Source of the DNA: a virus
Taxonomy: Duplodnaviria; Heunggongvirae; Uroviricota; Caudoviricetes
Strand: one strand, 5' to 3'
Virus record (IMG/VR): IMGVR_UViG_3300010354_007935
Span: 46,284-110,283 of that record
DNA length: 64,000 bases
Below, one piece after another: positions 22,217-32,283 of this stretch. The number at the start of each line of letters is the position of its first letter. Positions within the stretch are counted from its first letter, which is position 1. The notes beneath the pieces are model-generated. The model was given only the letters and a program-made list of their open reading frames with translations, was not told where the DNA came from and searched no databases. The position numbers and the translations under genes are program-made.

Positions 22217-23034
22217 GTGGCTGCAAAACCAAATTTTGGGTCGCTTCTTAGTTTTTGGGCAATTTTTTTGGCTGTGTCTATATGGTAATTTCTCCCCCAA
22301 TGAGAACCGTCCCTAGCCATATTTTGGGGTTCGTGGTCTCTGTCAGTTGGAAAATACAAATCGCATACATGCTCTTCGGCTGTTTTATTGTATTCAGTAT
22401 TCATACACCAATTGTATACTGGTACTCCAACAGCATTCCAAATTGCCTGAGTAGATTTAAAAGCAATATAACTATCAAACAAATAAGATTCTGTTTTAAC
22501 CGAATAGTCCCATTGAGCCAATGCTTCAGGAACTTTAAGGACTTTGCCCATAGACTGTGGAACCATATCAGTCCACACATCTAGTCGTTTAAAGATTTGT
22601 CTTGCAATAGACGGCCATTGGCACACTACAAATTTGGGCCTAAGTTTTGTGTTTGATATAAAACACATGCTATTTAAAAAAATTACTTGAGACCCTGTTC
22701 CTCCTAACCCGTGATTTAAATAATCCATTTCTAGTTCAGAGCCGAGAACATAAGGCCATGTTTCATCTTCTGCCAGGCCGACACCTTCTGTGTAACTACA
22801 ACCGTATGTAATAAAAAAATTTGATTTATCGATTTCGTAAAGATTCTTTGATCGATATCCTAAATCATCGCGTCGGTAAAAAACTTCTTTGCTTCTATAG
22901 TGCCAGTCCGCTGGCATTTTTTGCAAATTAGCTTCCCATAGTTCTCTCTTGTCTGTAGCTGAAAAATGGTTTGGTTCAGGATCCATGAACCTGGGGTGTA
23001 CAGCATACCTGTTAAATTTATATCGAAAATCCAT
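22213..23034 (-). CDS. SGNH/GDSL-like hydrolase paralogue (GCSYT variant)
   Basis: 273 aa. YGCSYTEGVG (block I with Cys in place of Asp), GLGGTG, C-terminal DGSHW (DxxH). Confidence 0.4.
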   Translation of the reverse strand: MDFRYKFNRYAVHPRFMDPEPNHFSATDKRELWEANLQKMPADWHYRSKEVFYRRDDLGYRSKNLYEIDKSNFFITYGCSYTEGVGLAEDETWPYVLGSELEMDYLNHGLGGTGSQVIFLNSMCFISNTKLRPKFVVCQWPSIARQIFKRLDVWTDMVPQSMGKVLKVPEALAQWDYSVKTESYLFDSYIAFKSTQAIWNAVGVPVYNWCMNTEYNKTAEEHVCDLYFPTDRDHEPQNMARDGSHWGRNYHIDTAKKIAQKLRSDPKFGFAAT

Positions 23035-23806
23035 ATTCTTCTTTTGTTAATTCTGTGAATAGCCAATCGGCATAAAATTTATGTGCTTCTCTTCCTAAGT
23101 GCCATAACTTATTACTTGTGTCTTGATTTTTAAAACCTGCATCAGAGCACATCCAGTAATAGCTCATATCTTTACGATTGTAATAAGGAAAGTATTTAGT
23201 GTCCAGTAATTTAGTAAGTTTTTGAAACGTTGGAGTATTGCAATAATCGACATAGAAAGAGTCGCCAAACCAATAAGGAATATTAAATTGTTTAAGGATA
23301 CCTTGCAAAGATATAATGTTTTTTATTTTGTTGTCCGACCAAGTTTCGAAACTATTTAAGAACATTGTTTTATACGCCCTAACTACTTCCTGGGTTTCCC
23401 TCCTGCCCCAATCCGGCACTGGGCTTTGGTTTGTAAATGATTGATAATGAGGATCTTCGCAGTAAGAAGAAAATTTTATTTTTAATAAATCCGGATCACC
23501 GAAACGCTCTTGAGAAAAATGGTAATCAAATCTTTCGAACCCAGTCCAGTGTACAAGAAAAAATACATCGAGCTCTTTATTTAAAATCTTTTCTAAATTA
23601 TCTCCAAGCCAAGCCATACTACTTCGACATATACGTTCGTTACTGCCTCCAGGATAGGCCATGTTAATTGCTTCTCTCCCAACCCTTTCTGCAATTAAAT
23701 TTCCAAAGCTATTGCTTCGACAAGTTGGACTATCTCCAACCCCTGCTCCATCTATTTCGCTTCCAGCTGTATGACTACAACCGTTAATTACCAGTACCTT
23801 TTTCAT
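23018..23806 (-). CDS. SGNH/GDSL-like hydrolase paralogue (GCSHT variant)
   Basis: 262 aa. INGCSHTAGSE, YPGGSNERI (GxSN block). Confidence 0.4.
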   Translation of the reverse strand: MKKVLVINGCSHTAGSEIDGAGVGDSPTCRSNSFGNLIAERVGREAINMAYPGGSNERICRSSMAWLGDNLEKILNKELDVFFLVHWTGFERFDYHFSQERFGDPDLLKIKFSSYCEDPHYQSFTNQSPVPDWGRRETQEVVRAYKTMFLNSFETWSDNKIKNIISLQGILKQFNIPYWFGDSFYVDYCNTPTFQKLTKLLDTKYFPYYNRKDMSYYWMCSDAGFKNQDTSNKLWHLGREAHKFYADWLFTELTKEEYGFSI

Positions 23807-24764
23807 ATTTAAACTTTGGTATAATAATGTCTGTTCCGCAAGTGCAATGATGTTTGCCGCATGTTATTTCTTTAGGACCAACTTTAGATACATCATCTAA
23901 TATATGCCCAATATTATCGCCCTGCCCACAACTGGCCATACTAACATTACCTCGTGGATTTATAAAAATACTGTCTCCAATTTTACATTTCCACCCTTTA
24001 AAGAAGTTCTGTCCTTTAACAATAATATCATTGGAACTTAATGGGGATTTCTCCCCATCTGCCCATAGTCCATAACTTACTGCTCCGTTATTTTTTTGCG
24101 GTTTAGGTCTAGTAAACTTCATTTCAACATTGTGTTTATTAATAAACTCAACTTTGCTTGGATCCTTATAGTGCCACGGACCAGCGTTTATGCTTATTTC
24201 ATCAAACAACGGGGTCCACTCAATAAAATAGTTAGGTAAGTTTTCTTTTAAATATTCGCCATATTCTACTACTTCCCAAAATCTTTCATCGTGCATGAGC
24301 ATTTTACTACTTAGATAGTTTACTTTATCGCATAAAAATAAACTGTTCTGAAAGTATTTTATTTTATCTGCAAATTCTATATGGAAGCTAGCTACGACAT
24401 CGTCAAATAATTTGTAGTGCTTTTCCCACCAACCCAGAGGTCGACTAAGGTTAGTATTAACTGCTATAGTAGCATCGGGTAGTTCATTTCTAATCCATTC
24501 ACATATAGGAATAAAATTTCTCCATGCAGTAGGTTCTCCACCACTAAAGAAAAATTTAAATGACTTATATCCAACAGACTTGTATTTTTCAACAATAATT
24601 TGTAGATTTTTTAAGTAAACATCTAAGTTACCGTCGTTAGAGTATGTACCACTCCAGTTTCCTTCATTGCAGTAGCTACATCTGAAGTTACAAAAATTAT
24701 TAACTTGCCATGTTACAGCAAGATAAGGCTGTTGCGGTTCAACAGCGATTAGCTGTGGGCCCAT
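23784..24764 (-). CDS. radical SAM enzyme (N-terminal CxxxCxxC, Cys-rich C-terminus)
   Basis: 326 aa. FCNFRCSYCNEG motif at residues ~23-32, FFSGGEPTAW glycine-rich SAM motif, C-terminal CGQGDN...CGKHHCTCG cluster. Confidence 0.75.
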   Translation of the reverse strand: MGPQLIAVEPQQPYLAVTWQVNNFCNFRCSYCNEGNWSGTYSNDGNLDVYLKNLQIIVEKYKSVGYKSFKFFFSGGEPTAWRNFIPICEWIRNELPDATIAVNTNLSRPLGWWEKHYKLFDDVVASFHIEFADKIKYFQNSLFLCDKVNYLSSKMLMHDERFWEVVEYGEYLKENLPNYFIEWTPLFDEISINAGPWHYKDPSKVEFINKHNVEMKFTRPKPQKNNGAVSYGLWADGEKSPLSSNDIIVKGQNFFKGWKCKIGDSIFINPRGNVSMASCGQGDNIGHILDDVSKVGPKEITCGKHHCTCGTDIIIPKFKYEKGTGN

Positions 24765-26002
24765 TTATAAACCTCCCACAGACCAGGAATGGTTTCGAAA
24801 ATGTCTTCTTTCCTATGTTGATCTAATTTATAGTTGAAATGGAAGAATTCTTTCATACCTTCTTTGTTTTCTTGTCCAGATTGAAGAGTATTCATTACTG
24901 CTTTATATGCATATCGTTGAGTATCAGAATAAGAATAATCGTTGCGAACAGGTTCGTATAATTCTAGTAACTGTTTTTTATAAAACTCTGGAGCTATTAA
25001 TATTGATGCATACCATGGATTGGTCAGTAAGTTTAGTCTTATTTCTTGAGTTTTAGAAAGTAACCCTTTTTCAATCCAGTCTTTGTGAAATTCAGGAAAC
25101 TGATGAACGTTCCATAATGAAATAGTCGGTGTTAATTCGAATAAAACATGCGGCACTTCTTTTTTAATCATTAGTGCATTTAATTCTATATCGTCCCATA
25201 CGGTTCCTTTGCGTACATACTCTGCTAATGGTCCGCTAGCATCTAAACTTGCGTATATTGCCACTTTAGGAAATTTTTTCCAATAGTCTAGTACATTTTT
25301 ATCTTTGTATTTGAATACACTAAAGTTGGTAGTGTACGTTATTTGTACATCAGTTTTTCCTTTCTCTAACCAGTAATCTAAAATTCTATAGTGTTCTGGA
25401 GTAATAAGGGCTTCGCCGCCAGCAAAATAGACTTCCTCGACGTCGTCGAGATAAGGTTCTAATTTATTCCAAAAATCGTCGCCCTCATTATTAGTGACTA
25501 CAATCTTATGCAAGCCAAATCTATCTCTTAATGTAACTTCTCCGTGTCTATCTTTGTATTCTTGGGCCCACTGACTACTACAACTTGGTCCGCAACTACG
25601 GCATTTCATATTGCAGATGTTGCTAAACCTAATGTCCATGTATTTTAGTTGAAAATTTTCAATGGTTCCGTCTTCTTTAGTTTCGTTAACAAGGTGCAAG
25701 TATGTGTTACCTCTTACACGGTTCTGACTTTGTCTTAGACTCCAAGTACCAAGCAATTCTACATCGTAACATCGTTGACATACTTCACTAGGCTCGTTAT
25801 TAATCATCCTCAGACGAAGTTTCTTGTACTCATCCGAGTTCATCATTTTGATAATACTTTCGTCTGTAGTATGAGCTACCGGTTTAGATGAATCGGCCAT
25901 ACAGCAAGGAAACACTTTTGTGTCCGGCCATGCATGGAAATGAATCCACGGTAGGATACAAAAATTTTTTGTATAAAAAATATCTTCTTCAATTTTTCTC
26001 AT
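24749..26002 (-). CDS. radical SAM enzyme with unrecognised N-terminal Cys/His domain
   Basis: 417 aa. N-terminal FCILPWIHFHAWPDTKVFPCC, then the core CNMKCRSC (CxxxCxxC) and YFAGGEALITPEHY. Confidence 0.75.
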   Translation of the reverse strand: MRKIEEDIFYTKNFCILPWIHFHAWPDTKVFPCCMADSSKPVAHTTDESIIKMMNSDEYKKLRLRMINNEPSEVCQRCYDVELLGTWSLRQSQNRVRGNTYLHLVNETKEDGTIENFQLKYMDIRFSNICNMKCRSCGPSCSSQWAQEYKDRHGEVTLRDRFGLHKIVVTNNEGDDFWNKLEPYLDDVEEVYFAGGEALITPEHYRILDYWLEKGKTDVQITYTTNFSVFKYKDKNVLDYWKKFPKVAIYASLDASGPLAEYVRKGTVWDDIELNALMIKKEVPHVLFELTPTISLWNVHQFPEFHKDWIEKGLLSKTQEIRLNLLTNPWYASILIAPEFYKKQLLELYEPVRNDYSYSDTQRYAYKAVMNTLQSGQENKEGMKEFFHFNYKLDQHRKEDIFETIPGLWEVYKWAHS

Positions 26003-26003
26003 A

Positions 26004-27224
26004 TTAACTCATCATAGATTTTAATTCAGGAAAAGTCTTTGTAAAATCTTCTCCTCGTATTTCGTCAACTCTTTTTATTTGAGATTGGAATTCCAATTTA
26101 TATTGATCCCATGTATTTTCAGCATTTGCAAATGAAATAGCGTTTTGCAAACTTTGTGTAGAATAATAATACTCTAATTTTAATTTATAAATTAAGTGCT
26201 GCAATTTTACACTACCTAATTTTTTAAGTTCTTCGGGCATTAGTTGAGAAGAAAAATAAGCAGGGTCCATGCAAGGAAATAGTGATATATTATCTTTAGG
26301 TCGATAAAATCCTTTTACCTTCATATAAGAATAGAATTCTGACAAGGTTAAAAAATTAAACACGCTCATAACAGTATTGAATTGATAATCAATAAAGTCA
26401 TACTGAGTAATTTGTTTTAGATTAGTTTCTATGACGCCCCAGTCAGTTCCGTGCCTAATATACTCTGCACGTTCTCCAAAATGATCGATACTAGCCGACA
26501 ATTCAATTTTTTTAAATTGTTTCCAAAGACCAATCAAATCATTGTTTTTAAATTTAAAATTGCTTAGGTTAGAGTTATATCTTAAAATAATATTTGTTTT
26601 ATTTCTTTTTATAAGCTCTTCTAAAATTGTATAATGTTCTTCTGTAATTAATGGTTCGCCACCTGCAAAATATGCAATTTCAATATTATCAATATGCTCG
26701 TCTAACACTTCTTGAAGTAAGGCTCCTTTGTTATCATCTGCATGTATAATGATAGGAAAATCTTTATTATAAATTCTATTTTCAGCGCCCCATGAGCTAC
26801 TAAATGCAGAACCGCATGTTCTGCATTTAAAATTACAGATATTACTAAAACGAATATCGTAATAGTACATTTTGAAATCTTTGAGGCTACCGTCTTCGTT
26901 GGTGTTTTCTAAGACTTCGTCTAAATGATGAATAAATTTTTCATTTGCATACGTCCTAAAACTCCAATTTTGAGTCTTTTCAGTTTTATAACAAAATTTA
27001 CAAGACGGGCTTTCGACACCATTCATCATGTTTAACCGTATTTGTTTATATCCGTCGGCATTTTTTATTACATCCTTCAAGGTACCATTCTTTACAGACC
27101 CAAAAGGAAGTTTACCGTCTGTAGTACAACAAGGTAGAACATTACCTGAAGGTTCTACGTAGGCGTGTATCCAGGGTAATATACAAAAAGTTTTATTATC
27201 AACTACAGATTTTTTAGATTCCAT
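26004..27224 (-). CDS. radical SAM enzyme, paralogue of 24749..26002
   Basis: 406 aa. FCILPWIHAYVEPSGNVLPCC, then CNFKCRTC and YFAGGEPLITEEHY. Confidence 0.75.
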   Translation of the reverse strand: MESKKSVVDNKTFCILPWIHAYVEPSGNVLPCCTTDGKLPFGSVKNGTLKDVIKNADGYKQIRLNMMNGVESPSCKFCYKTEKTQNWSFRTYANEKFIHHLDEVLENTNEDGSLKDFKMYYYDIRFSNICNFKCRTCGSAFSSSWGAENRIYNKDFPIIIHADDNKGALLQEVLDEHIDNIEIAYFAGGEPLITEEHYTILEELIKRNKTNIILRYNSNLSNFKFKNNDLIGLWKQFKKIELSASIDHFGERAEYIRHGTDWGVIETNLKQITQYDFIDYQFNTVMSVFNFLTLSEFYSYMKVKGFYRPKDNISLFPCMDPAYFSSQLMPEELKKLGSVKLQHLIYKLKLEYYYSTQSLQNAISFANAENTWDQYKLEFQSQIKRVDEIRGEDFTKTFPELKSMMS

Positions 27225-28587
27225 TTTGGTATTCTTTACATAAATTATAAAAATTTGCTAACTCAGGAAATGTTTCTAGAAAATTAACATTCCTTCTTCG
27301 ATCGTATTCATTAAACCAATTATAAAAGTCTTTTCGACCCTCTTTTAATTTATCTTCGGAGTAGTGTGTTGTTTCCATATATGTTACAACACGACGAAAC
27401 TTTTCATACTCCATTTCACTAAAATGAAACCCAGACGAATCATTTAAATTATTTTTGATAAATGATAGACAATCGTGCATATAGGGCATAAACTCATCTT
27501 TAGGTAATATGTTCATGTCATATTGTAGAGGTTCTTTTAAATGCGGAGTATCGAAACGAATTCTATGTTTAGACAAATGTTCATACCATCCGTATTGTCC
27601 GCGCCATTCTAAGATTTTTTCTAGTAAACTTTTAAAATTACTAACGGTAAGAATATTAAAAGTAATCATAAAAGTTACAGGATATTTTGTTTTACTAAGG
27701 TATGTATGAAAATTTCTTTCCCACAGATCTATATCTAGTCCTGTACGAATATATTCTGCACGTTTACCCCATGTATCTAGGCTAGTAAACAACTTAAAAG
27801 ATTTTATTTTATTTTCTAATCTTAATTTTTCAACTTTTTCAGCTAATCTTTCTACTAAAATAGTCTTTACACCTAAGTTACTGTTGAGATTTAACTCTAA
27901 ATTGGGCAAAGGATTCTTATCTAGGTCCTCAAGCAACCGCCAGGTGCTGCGTTGTAGCAAAGGCTCACCACCGGTTATACGCAAGATGTTTAGAGTTTTA
28001 CTGACTTCAGGCCACCATTTCCACCATGCCTCTACATAAGGGTTAGTTTCTTCCTCATAGGTAGTAAACCAATCAATGTCGTTGCGATGATGTTTGACCA
28101 TAGTATAAGGACCAAAGTCTCTTATTTCTTTATGATAAGCACTACTATGTTTAGGATGGCAGTAACCGCATTTAAAATTGCACTCGCTACCAAAACTAAC
28201 TTCAATGTATTCGGGATTTATATTAAAGTCCCAATTGTTCTTTTGTATTTCTTCTATTCTTTCGGGTCTGTAAATACTGGCATTACGTTCGTGCCGATCA
28301 CTAATATAGTCAGGACCAAGTGCCTCTATGTTCCAGCAATACTGACAACCACTGGGTTGATCGCCATCTAACATGGCAGCACGTTGTAGCTTCTTTTCCT
28401 GTGTATTGTGTAATGCACTAGGATTGTCTTTTAATTCGTGTAAAGGAATCTTATGAGGTGCTGGATGATAACAACTATGTGTTTCTCCAGTTTGTAGGTA
28501 TATTGTTGTATGATGCCATTTTGCAAGGCAAAACGTAGGACTAATTTTATTAGTAATGTCCTGTATTTGAATAATTCTATCTTTCAA
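27214..28587 (-). CDS. radical SAM enzyme, distant paralogue with the same N-terminal domain type
   Basis: 457 aa. FCLAKWHHTTIYLQTGETHSCYHP, then CNFKCGYC and ILRITGGEPLL. Confidence 0.7.
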   Translation of the reverse strand: MKDRIIQIQDITNKISPTFCLAKWHHTTIYLQTGETHSCYHPAPHKIPLHELKDNPSALHNTQEKKLQRAAMLDGDQPSGCQYCWNIEALGPDYISDRHERNASIYRPERIEEIQKNNWDFNINPEYIEVSFGSECNFKCGYCHPKHSSAYHKEIRDFGPYTMVKHHRNDIDWFTTYEEETNPYVEAWWKWWPEVSKTLNILRITGGEPLLQRSTWRLLEDLDKNPLPNLELNLNSNLGVKTILVERLAEKVEKLRLENKIKSFKLFTSLDTWGKRAEYIRTGLDIDLWERNFHTYLSKTKYPVTFMITFNILTVSNFKSLLEKILEWRGQYGWYEHLSKHRIRFDTPHLKEPLQYDMNILPKDEFMPYMHDCLSFIKNNLNDSSGFHFSEMEYEKFRRVVTYMETTHYSEDKLKEGRKDFYNWFNEYDRRRNVNFLETFPELANFYNLCKEYQNGI

Positions 28588-29414
28588 TTTAACCTTAAAC
28601 CTTTGAAAGTTGAATGGTGCTGATACTTCCCGCTGATAACTTTACCTATAGGCATGTATTGCCACGCTGTATTGTAGACGTGTCCTTTTTTTAAAAATTC
28701 TGTAAATTCTTTTGATTTTAGGATTTTATTTCTTTCACCATTTGTATCGATGTAAAAGTAATTATAGTAAGAGCACCATTGGGCAGTTATATCCCATTGC
28801 CTCGGATCATCGTCGTCGATGTATGCTTGAAAGTAATCTTTCCCGCAAATAGCCCATGTCATAAAAACATCATACTCGCAATCGTAGTCGAGGTATCTCC
28901 AGTCGCCGGGCTTATGGTCAAAGTATTGATCGTTTTTTAAACTGTTTAATTTAAAGAATTGATAGTTTACATGTTTACTATGAGCTTTTGCAACACCATC
29001 GTAGTAGTTTTCTAAAAAATGCACAACGTCGTTAATTGCAGAAGCCTTTTCATAGAAGATTGAATAATCTTCTCTACTAACGATAGGTCCAGTATCTAAC
29101 GACCAGCAGGTAAAAGATGTACCAGTTGTAAACCATCTATGGATCAAATTTAAATCTTTTCTTGTAAATTGTGTATCTTTTGTCACTTGAAAAGGAAATT
29201 TAACTTTATTAGTAGCGTTAAAGTCTTCAATAGCGGCAATCATTTCTAATCTATATTTTTCTTTTTCGCCGTTATCCTCATAAACACATTGTGGGACGTT
29301 CCAGCAGTCCCACAGATCAGTTGTGTTTAAATGTAAGGCCCAGTCTCTAACTAACGGATTATCTATTAGTTTAATAATAACTGTGTCTTTTTCAAAATCT
29401 AAAATTAGGTCCAT
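28584..29414 (-). CDS. hypothetical protein (276 aa, Trp/Tyr-rich)
   Basis: ORF with start/stop overlap to its neighbours. No motif recognised. Confidence 0.35.
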   Translation of the reverse strand: MDLILDFEKDTVIIKLIDNPLVRDWALHLNTTDLWDCWNVPQCVYEDNGEKEKYRLEMIAAIEDFNATNKVKFPFQVTKDTQFTRKDLNLIHRWFTTGTSFTCWSLDTGPIVSREDYSIFYEKASAINDVVHFLENYYDGVAKAHSKHVNYQFFKLNSLKNDQYFDHKPGDWRYLDYDCEYDVFMTWAICGKDYFQAYIDDDDPRQWDITAQWCSYYNYFYIDTNGERNKILKSKEFTEFLKKGHVYNTAWQYMPIGKVISGKYQHHSTFKGLRLN

Positions 29415-30244
29415 AAGCTGTTGCGAATTTTTATTAGACGAATCATCATTTCTTCGTCTTCTTTATTGTATGCATCTTCTATCTCTTGAGTTTTATCTAA
29501 GGCAACTCTAGACATCTCAGCTTCTTCGGGTGTGCGATCTTCCAGGTCCAACATATGATCGCCTCTTTCACGGCGCATATCACAGTAGGCAGTCCAGCCA
29601 CTGGCATCGTGTGGATCAGGACGCTTAGGATAAACTTCAGTCCACCACTTGTAGAGTGCAAGGATTTCTAAAGCCTTTTCTGCTTGATAAGTAGGCTTTC
29701 CAATTTTAGGATCGCCTGGCTCAAAACCTTCGTCCTCTTTCCAGACAAGCTCGCTTTGCCATTTGAGGTTATCAAGACCGGCCTGCGGACAACGCCATGT
29801 ACGAATTCGCCACCAACCTACTGCCCACCAAGGCATGTTATACTTAGGTCTTTCTTCGGGACTCCAGGCAAGATGCCACCAAGCAAGTTCAACTTCAACA
29901 AAGTCTACAAGCTCGTTGAACAAGCAAGGTAGGAACCGGTTGCCCACGTCGCACCACTGACCGGGCTTGATGTCGCGAGGGTGAGCGGTAAGACTATGAG
30001 TGCGACTAATCCAACGGTTATTAATATAATACTTAATGTCATAAATTTTATCCATAGGCCACCAGATAAAGTTCTGGATAGCATCTAGTGCCTCTTCGGC
30101 AATCCAATAGCGTATGGGATGCAATTGTTTGCCTTCTTTTTCCCATTCGCGCCAGCCGCGACCAGTTTTAGCGCCGCCTTTTTTGATGCCACGAACCCAG
30201 TCGGCAAATTTTGAACAACTCCAGTAATTACTTCTTTGTGCCAT
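29405..30244 (-). CDS. hypothetical Trp-rich protein (279 aa)
   Basis: Unusually high Trp content (WWPM, AWWHLAW, PWWAVGWWRIRTW). Co-operonic with the rSAM genes. Confidence 0.35.
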   Translation of the reverse strand: MAQRSNYWSCSKFADWVRGIKKGGAKTGRGWREWEKEGKQLHPIRYWIAEEALDAIQNFIWWPMDKIYDIKYYINNRWISRTHSLTAHPRDIKPGQWCDVGNRFLPCLFNELVDFVEVELAWWHLAWSPEERPKYNMPWWAVGWWRIRTWRCPQAGLDNLKWQSELVWKEDEGFEPGDPKIGKPTYQAEKALEILALYKWWTEVYPKRPDPHDASGWTAYCDMRRERGDHMLDLEDRTPEEAEMSRVALDKTQEIEDAYNKEDEEMMIRLIKIRNSLWT

Positions 30245-30999
30245 TATTTTTTCCAGTTAAAAGGACATTTACTTTTTTCTTCTTGTTTATCGATTATTTG
30301 TTTTTGCACTTTGTATTTGTTTAAAAAAGATGTAGGTATTAACCTTTCTCGCATATTAAAGTATTCTTCATTGTTTACTTTGTGCAAGTGAATTTTTAAT
30401 TTTCTTTCTGAAACAGGAACTATATTAACTAATGGTGTTCCTTGCTTAATAAACAATGGTTGTCCAGGGTTGCTAAAATGTAAAAACAAATTAATATCTG
30501 TGTTTGTATTGTATTTGTAATTCAGTGATGCTGGAGGAATAACAATTTCGTGAGGGTTATGAAACGCCCAAGTATTTCCAATCCAACTAAACTGAATATC
30601 TTCTTTACAACTAATAAGCCACGGTGAGTGTAATTTTAAATGAATAAAATCTTTTTGGTCAAGATATCCAGACATTTGTCTGAAATCGTGACTCATTGCA
30701 CCGCTTACACTATCGCTATATTGCCAATTAAATGTTCCGTTGTTTCTATCAACTCCAACTAACAAATCAGACCACATTGGAATCGTCATTCCGTTTTTAT
30801 AAAAATCTAAAAACCCCGCACAACTTTTCATAGTTGGTATCGGGGCCATCGAGCCTTCTTTGTTAAAACTTTTCGGTAGTGATTTCCACCAATCCGGAAA
30901 AAATTTATGGCTATAATCTATAGGGTAAAGGTCATGCACATATTGTCTACTTGTAAAACAATCGACGTGCAGGACCTTCTTTTTAAAAAAAAATAACAT
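30244..30999 (-). CDS. hypothetical protein (251 aa)
   Basis: ORF with ATGA-type coupling. No motif recognised. Confidence 0.35.
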   Translation of the reverse strand: MLFFFKKKVLHVDCFTSRQYVHDLYPIDYSHKFFPDWWKSLPKSFNKEGSMAPIPTMKSCAGFLDFYKNGMTIPMWSDLLVGVDRNNGTFNWQYSDSVSGAMSHDFRQMSGYLDQKDFIHLKLHSPWLISCKEDIQFSWIGNTWAFHNPHEIVIPPASLNYKYNTNTDINLFLHFSNPGQPLFIKQGTPLVNIVPVSERKLKIHLHKVNNEEYFNMRERLIPTSFLNKYKVQKQIIDKQEEKSKCPFNWKK

Positions 31000-31694
31000 T
31001 ACTCTTTCTTTTCACCAAACAACTGTAGCAGGTTCAAGAATAGATTAATAAAGTCCAAATAAAGTGTAAGAGCACCACGAATTTCTGCAATGCCGTCGTT
31101 CTCCATACTGACTTCTTCTCTAATCTGCTGTGTATCGTAGGCAGTAAGTCCGAGGAAAATTAGTATAGCAATAGCACTAATAACCATTTGCATAACTGTA
31201 CTACCAATAAAGATATTTACAATACTAGCAATGATGATAGCAATCAATCCGACAAACAACAAACTACCCAATCCACTAAGATCCTTTTTAGTAAAGTACC
31301 CGTAGCCGCTCATAACACCAAACAGGATTGCACCTCCCATGAAGGCACTGACAATACTGCCCATGTTATAAATGACAAAAATTGTAGCAAAGCTCAAACC
31401 CATTAGTGCGGCAAATCCGTGTAGGCAAAGCTGAGCCATGCTCTTAGTAGGACTCGCATTAAGCAGAATAGTAACACCAAAAATTGCAACTAATGGTGCA
31501 AAAATAACAATCCACTTCATAATTCCTGTAAAGAAAAACGCCATAAGACTGGCATTTGTTCCTACAAGGAAACTTACAATCATACTGGTCAATACTGCTA
31601 GAGCCATATGTCCATAAACACGGCCCATTGCGCTGTTGATTTCGCTAGCAGAGCGATAACTAACAGTATTATCCATGTAACTAGTTCCAAACAT
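30999..31694 (-). CDS. Bax inhibitor-1 / YccA (TMBIM) family membrane protein
   Basis: 231 aa, 7 predicted TM helices. C-terminal LTLYLDFINLFLNLLQLFG matches the conserved BI-1/YccA LYLDFINLF block. Confidence 0.75.
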   Translation of the reverse strand: MFGTSYMDNTVSYRSASEINSAMGRVYGHMALAVLTSMIVSFLVGTNASLMAFFFTGIMKWIVIFAPLVAIFGVTILLNASPTKSMAQLCLHGFAALMGLSFATIFVIYNMGSIVSAFMGGAILFGVMSGYGYFTKKDLSGLGSLLFVGLIAIIIASIVNIFIGSTVMQMVISAIAILIFLGLTAYDTQQIREEVSMENDGIAEIRGALTLYLDFINLFLNLLQLFGEKKE

Positions 31695-31697
31695 ATT

Positions 31698-32069
31698 TTA
31701 CTCCTTGTTTAAAAATGGTTTCAAATTAGGCGGTGTCCAGCCTTCGGGCTTGAGAACTTTACCATCTTCACGCTTACGAACTTTGCCTGTAACAGAATCA
31801 ATCTTAGCAAAGTTAGTACGCATTACTTCGTTCCAAGCACCTTCACCGTCGGCGCCCATGCTATTTATTGCACCAATAGTTACCACTAAAATATCTATTA
31901 GAGCATCTAATTGTTCAACAGGATCGTTAGCTAAGTAGGCTTCGTTAAGTTCTGTAAATTCTTCTGCGATTAAATCGTAGTAAAGTTTGTATTGTGCGCT
32001 ATTATTTTCGCATACAGTTTGATCGCAAGCGACCATAAATTTAGTTTGATCTGCAAACGGATTAGTCAT
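31698..32069 (-). CDS. MazG-like nucleoside triphosphate pyrophosphohydrolase domain protein
   Basis: 123 aa. LIAEEFTELNEAYL...LDALIDILVVTIG resembles the EExxE/ExxD helix pair of MazG/HisE-type NTP-PPases. Confidence 0.45.
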   Translation of the reverse strand: MTNPFADQTKFMVACDQTVCENNSAQYKLYYDLIAEEFTELNEAYLANDPVEQLDALIDILVVTIGAINSMGADGEGAWNEVMRTNFAKIDSVTGKVRKREDGKVLKPEGWTPPNLKPFLNKE

Positions 32070-32283
32070 TTGTTAATTTTTCCCAAGTTAATTCTTTTCC
32101 TTGAACATGAGCCACACATTTAATGTAGCCGTTTTCGTATGCCCATTGTACCTGTTCTCGAATACGCGATGGACAGTCCGGTAGCACATGTAGCATTGCT
32201 CTAGGATAGACAGCAAGGCCGTCAGTGAGGGTAAAGTTAGGATCACCCTGTCTAATAGTCTTAATGTCTGTACACTTAATCAT
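32062..32283 (-). CDS. hypothetical protein (73 aa)
   Basis: Short ORF in the operon. Confidence 0.3.
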   Translation of the reverse strand: MIKCTDIKTIRQGDPNFTLTDGLAVYPRAMLHVLPDCPSRIREQVQWAYENGYIKCVAHVQGKELTWEKLTND

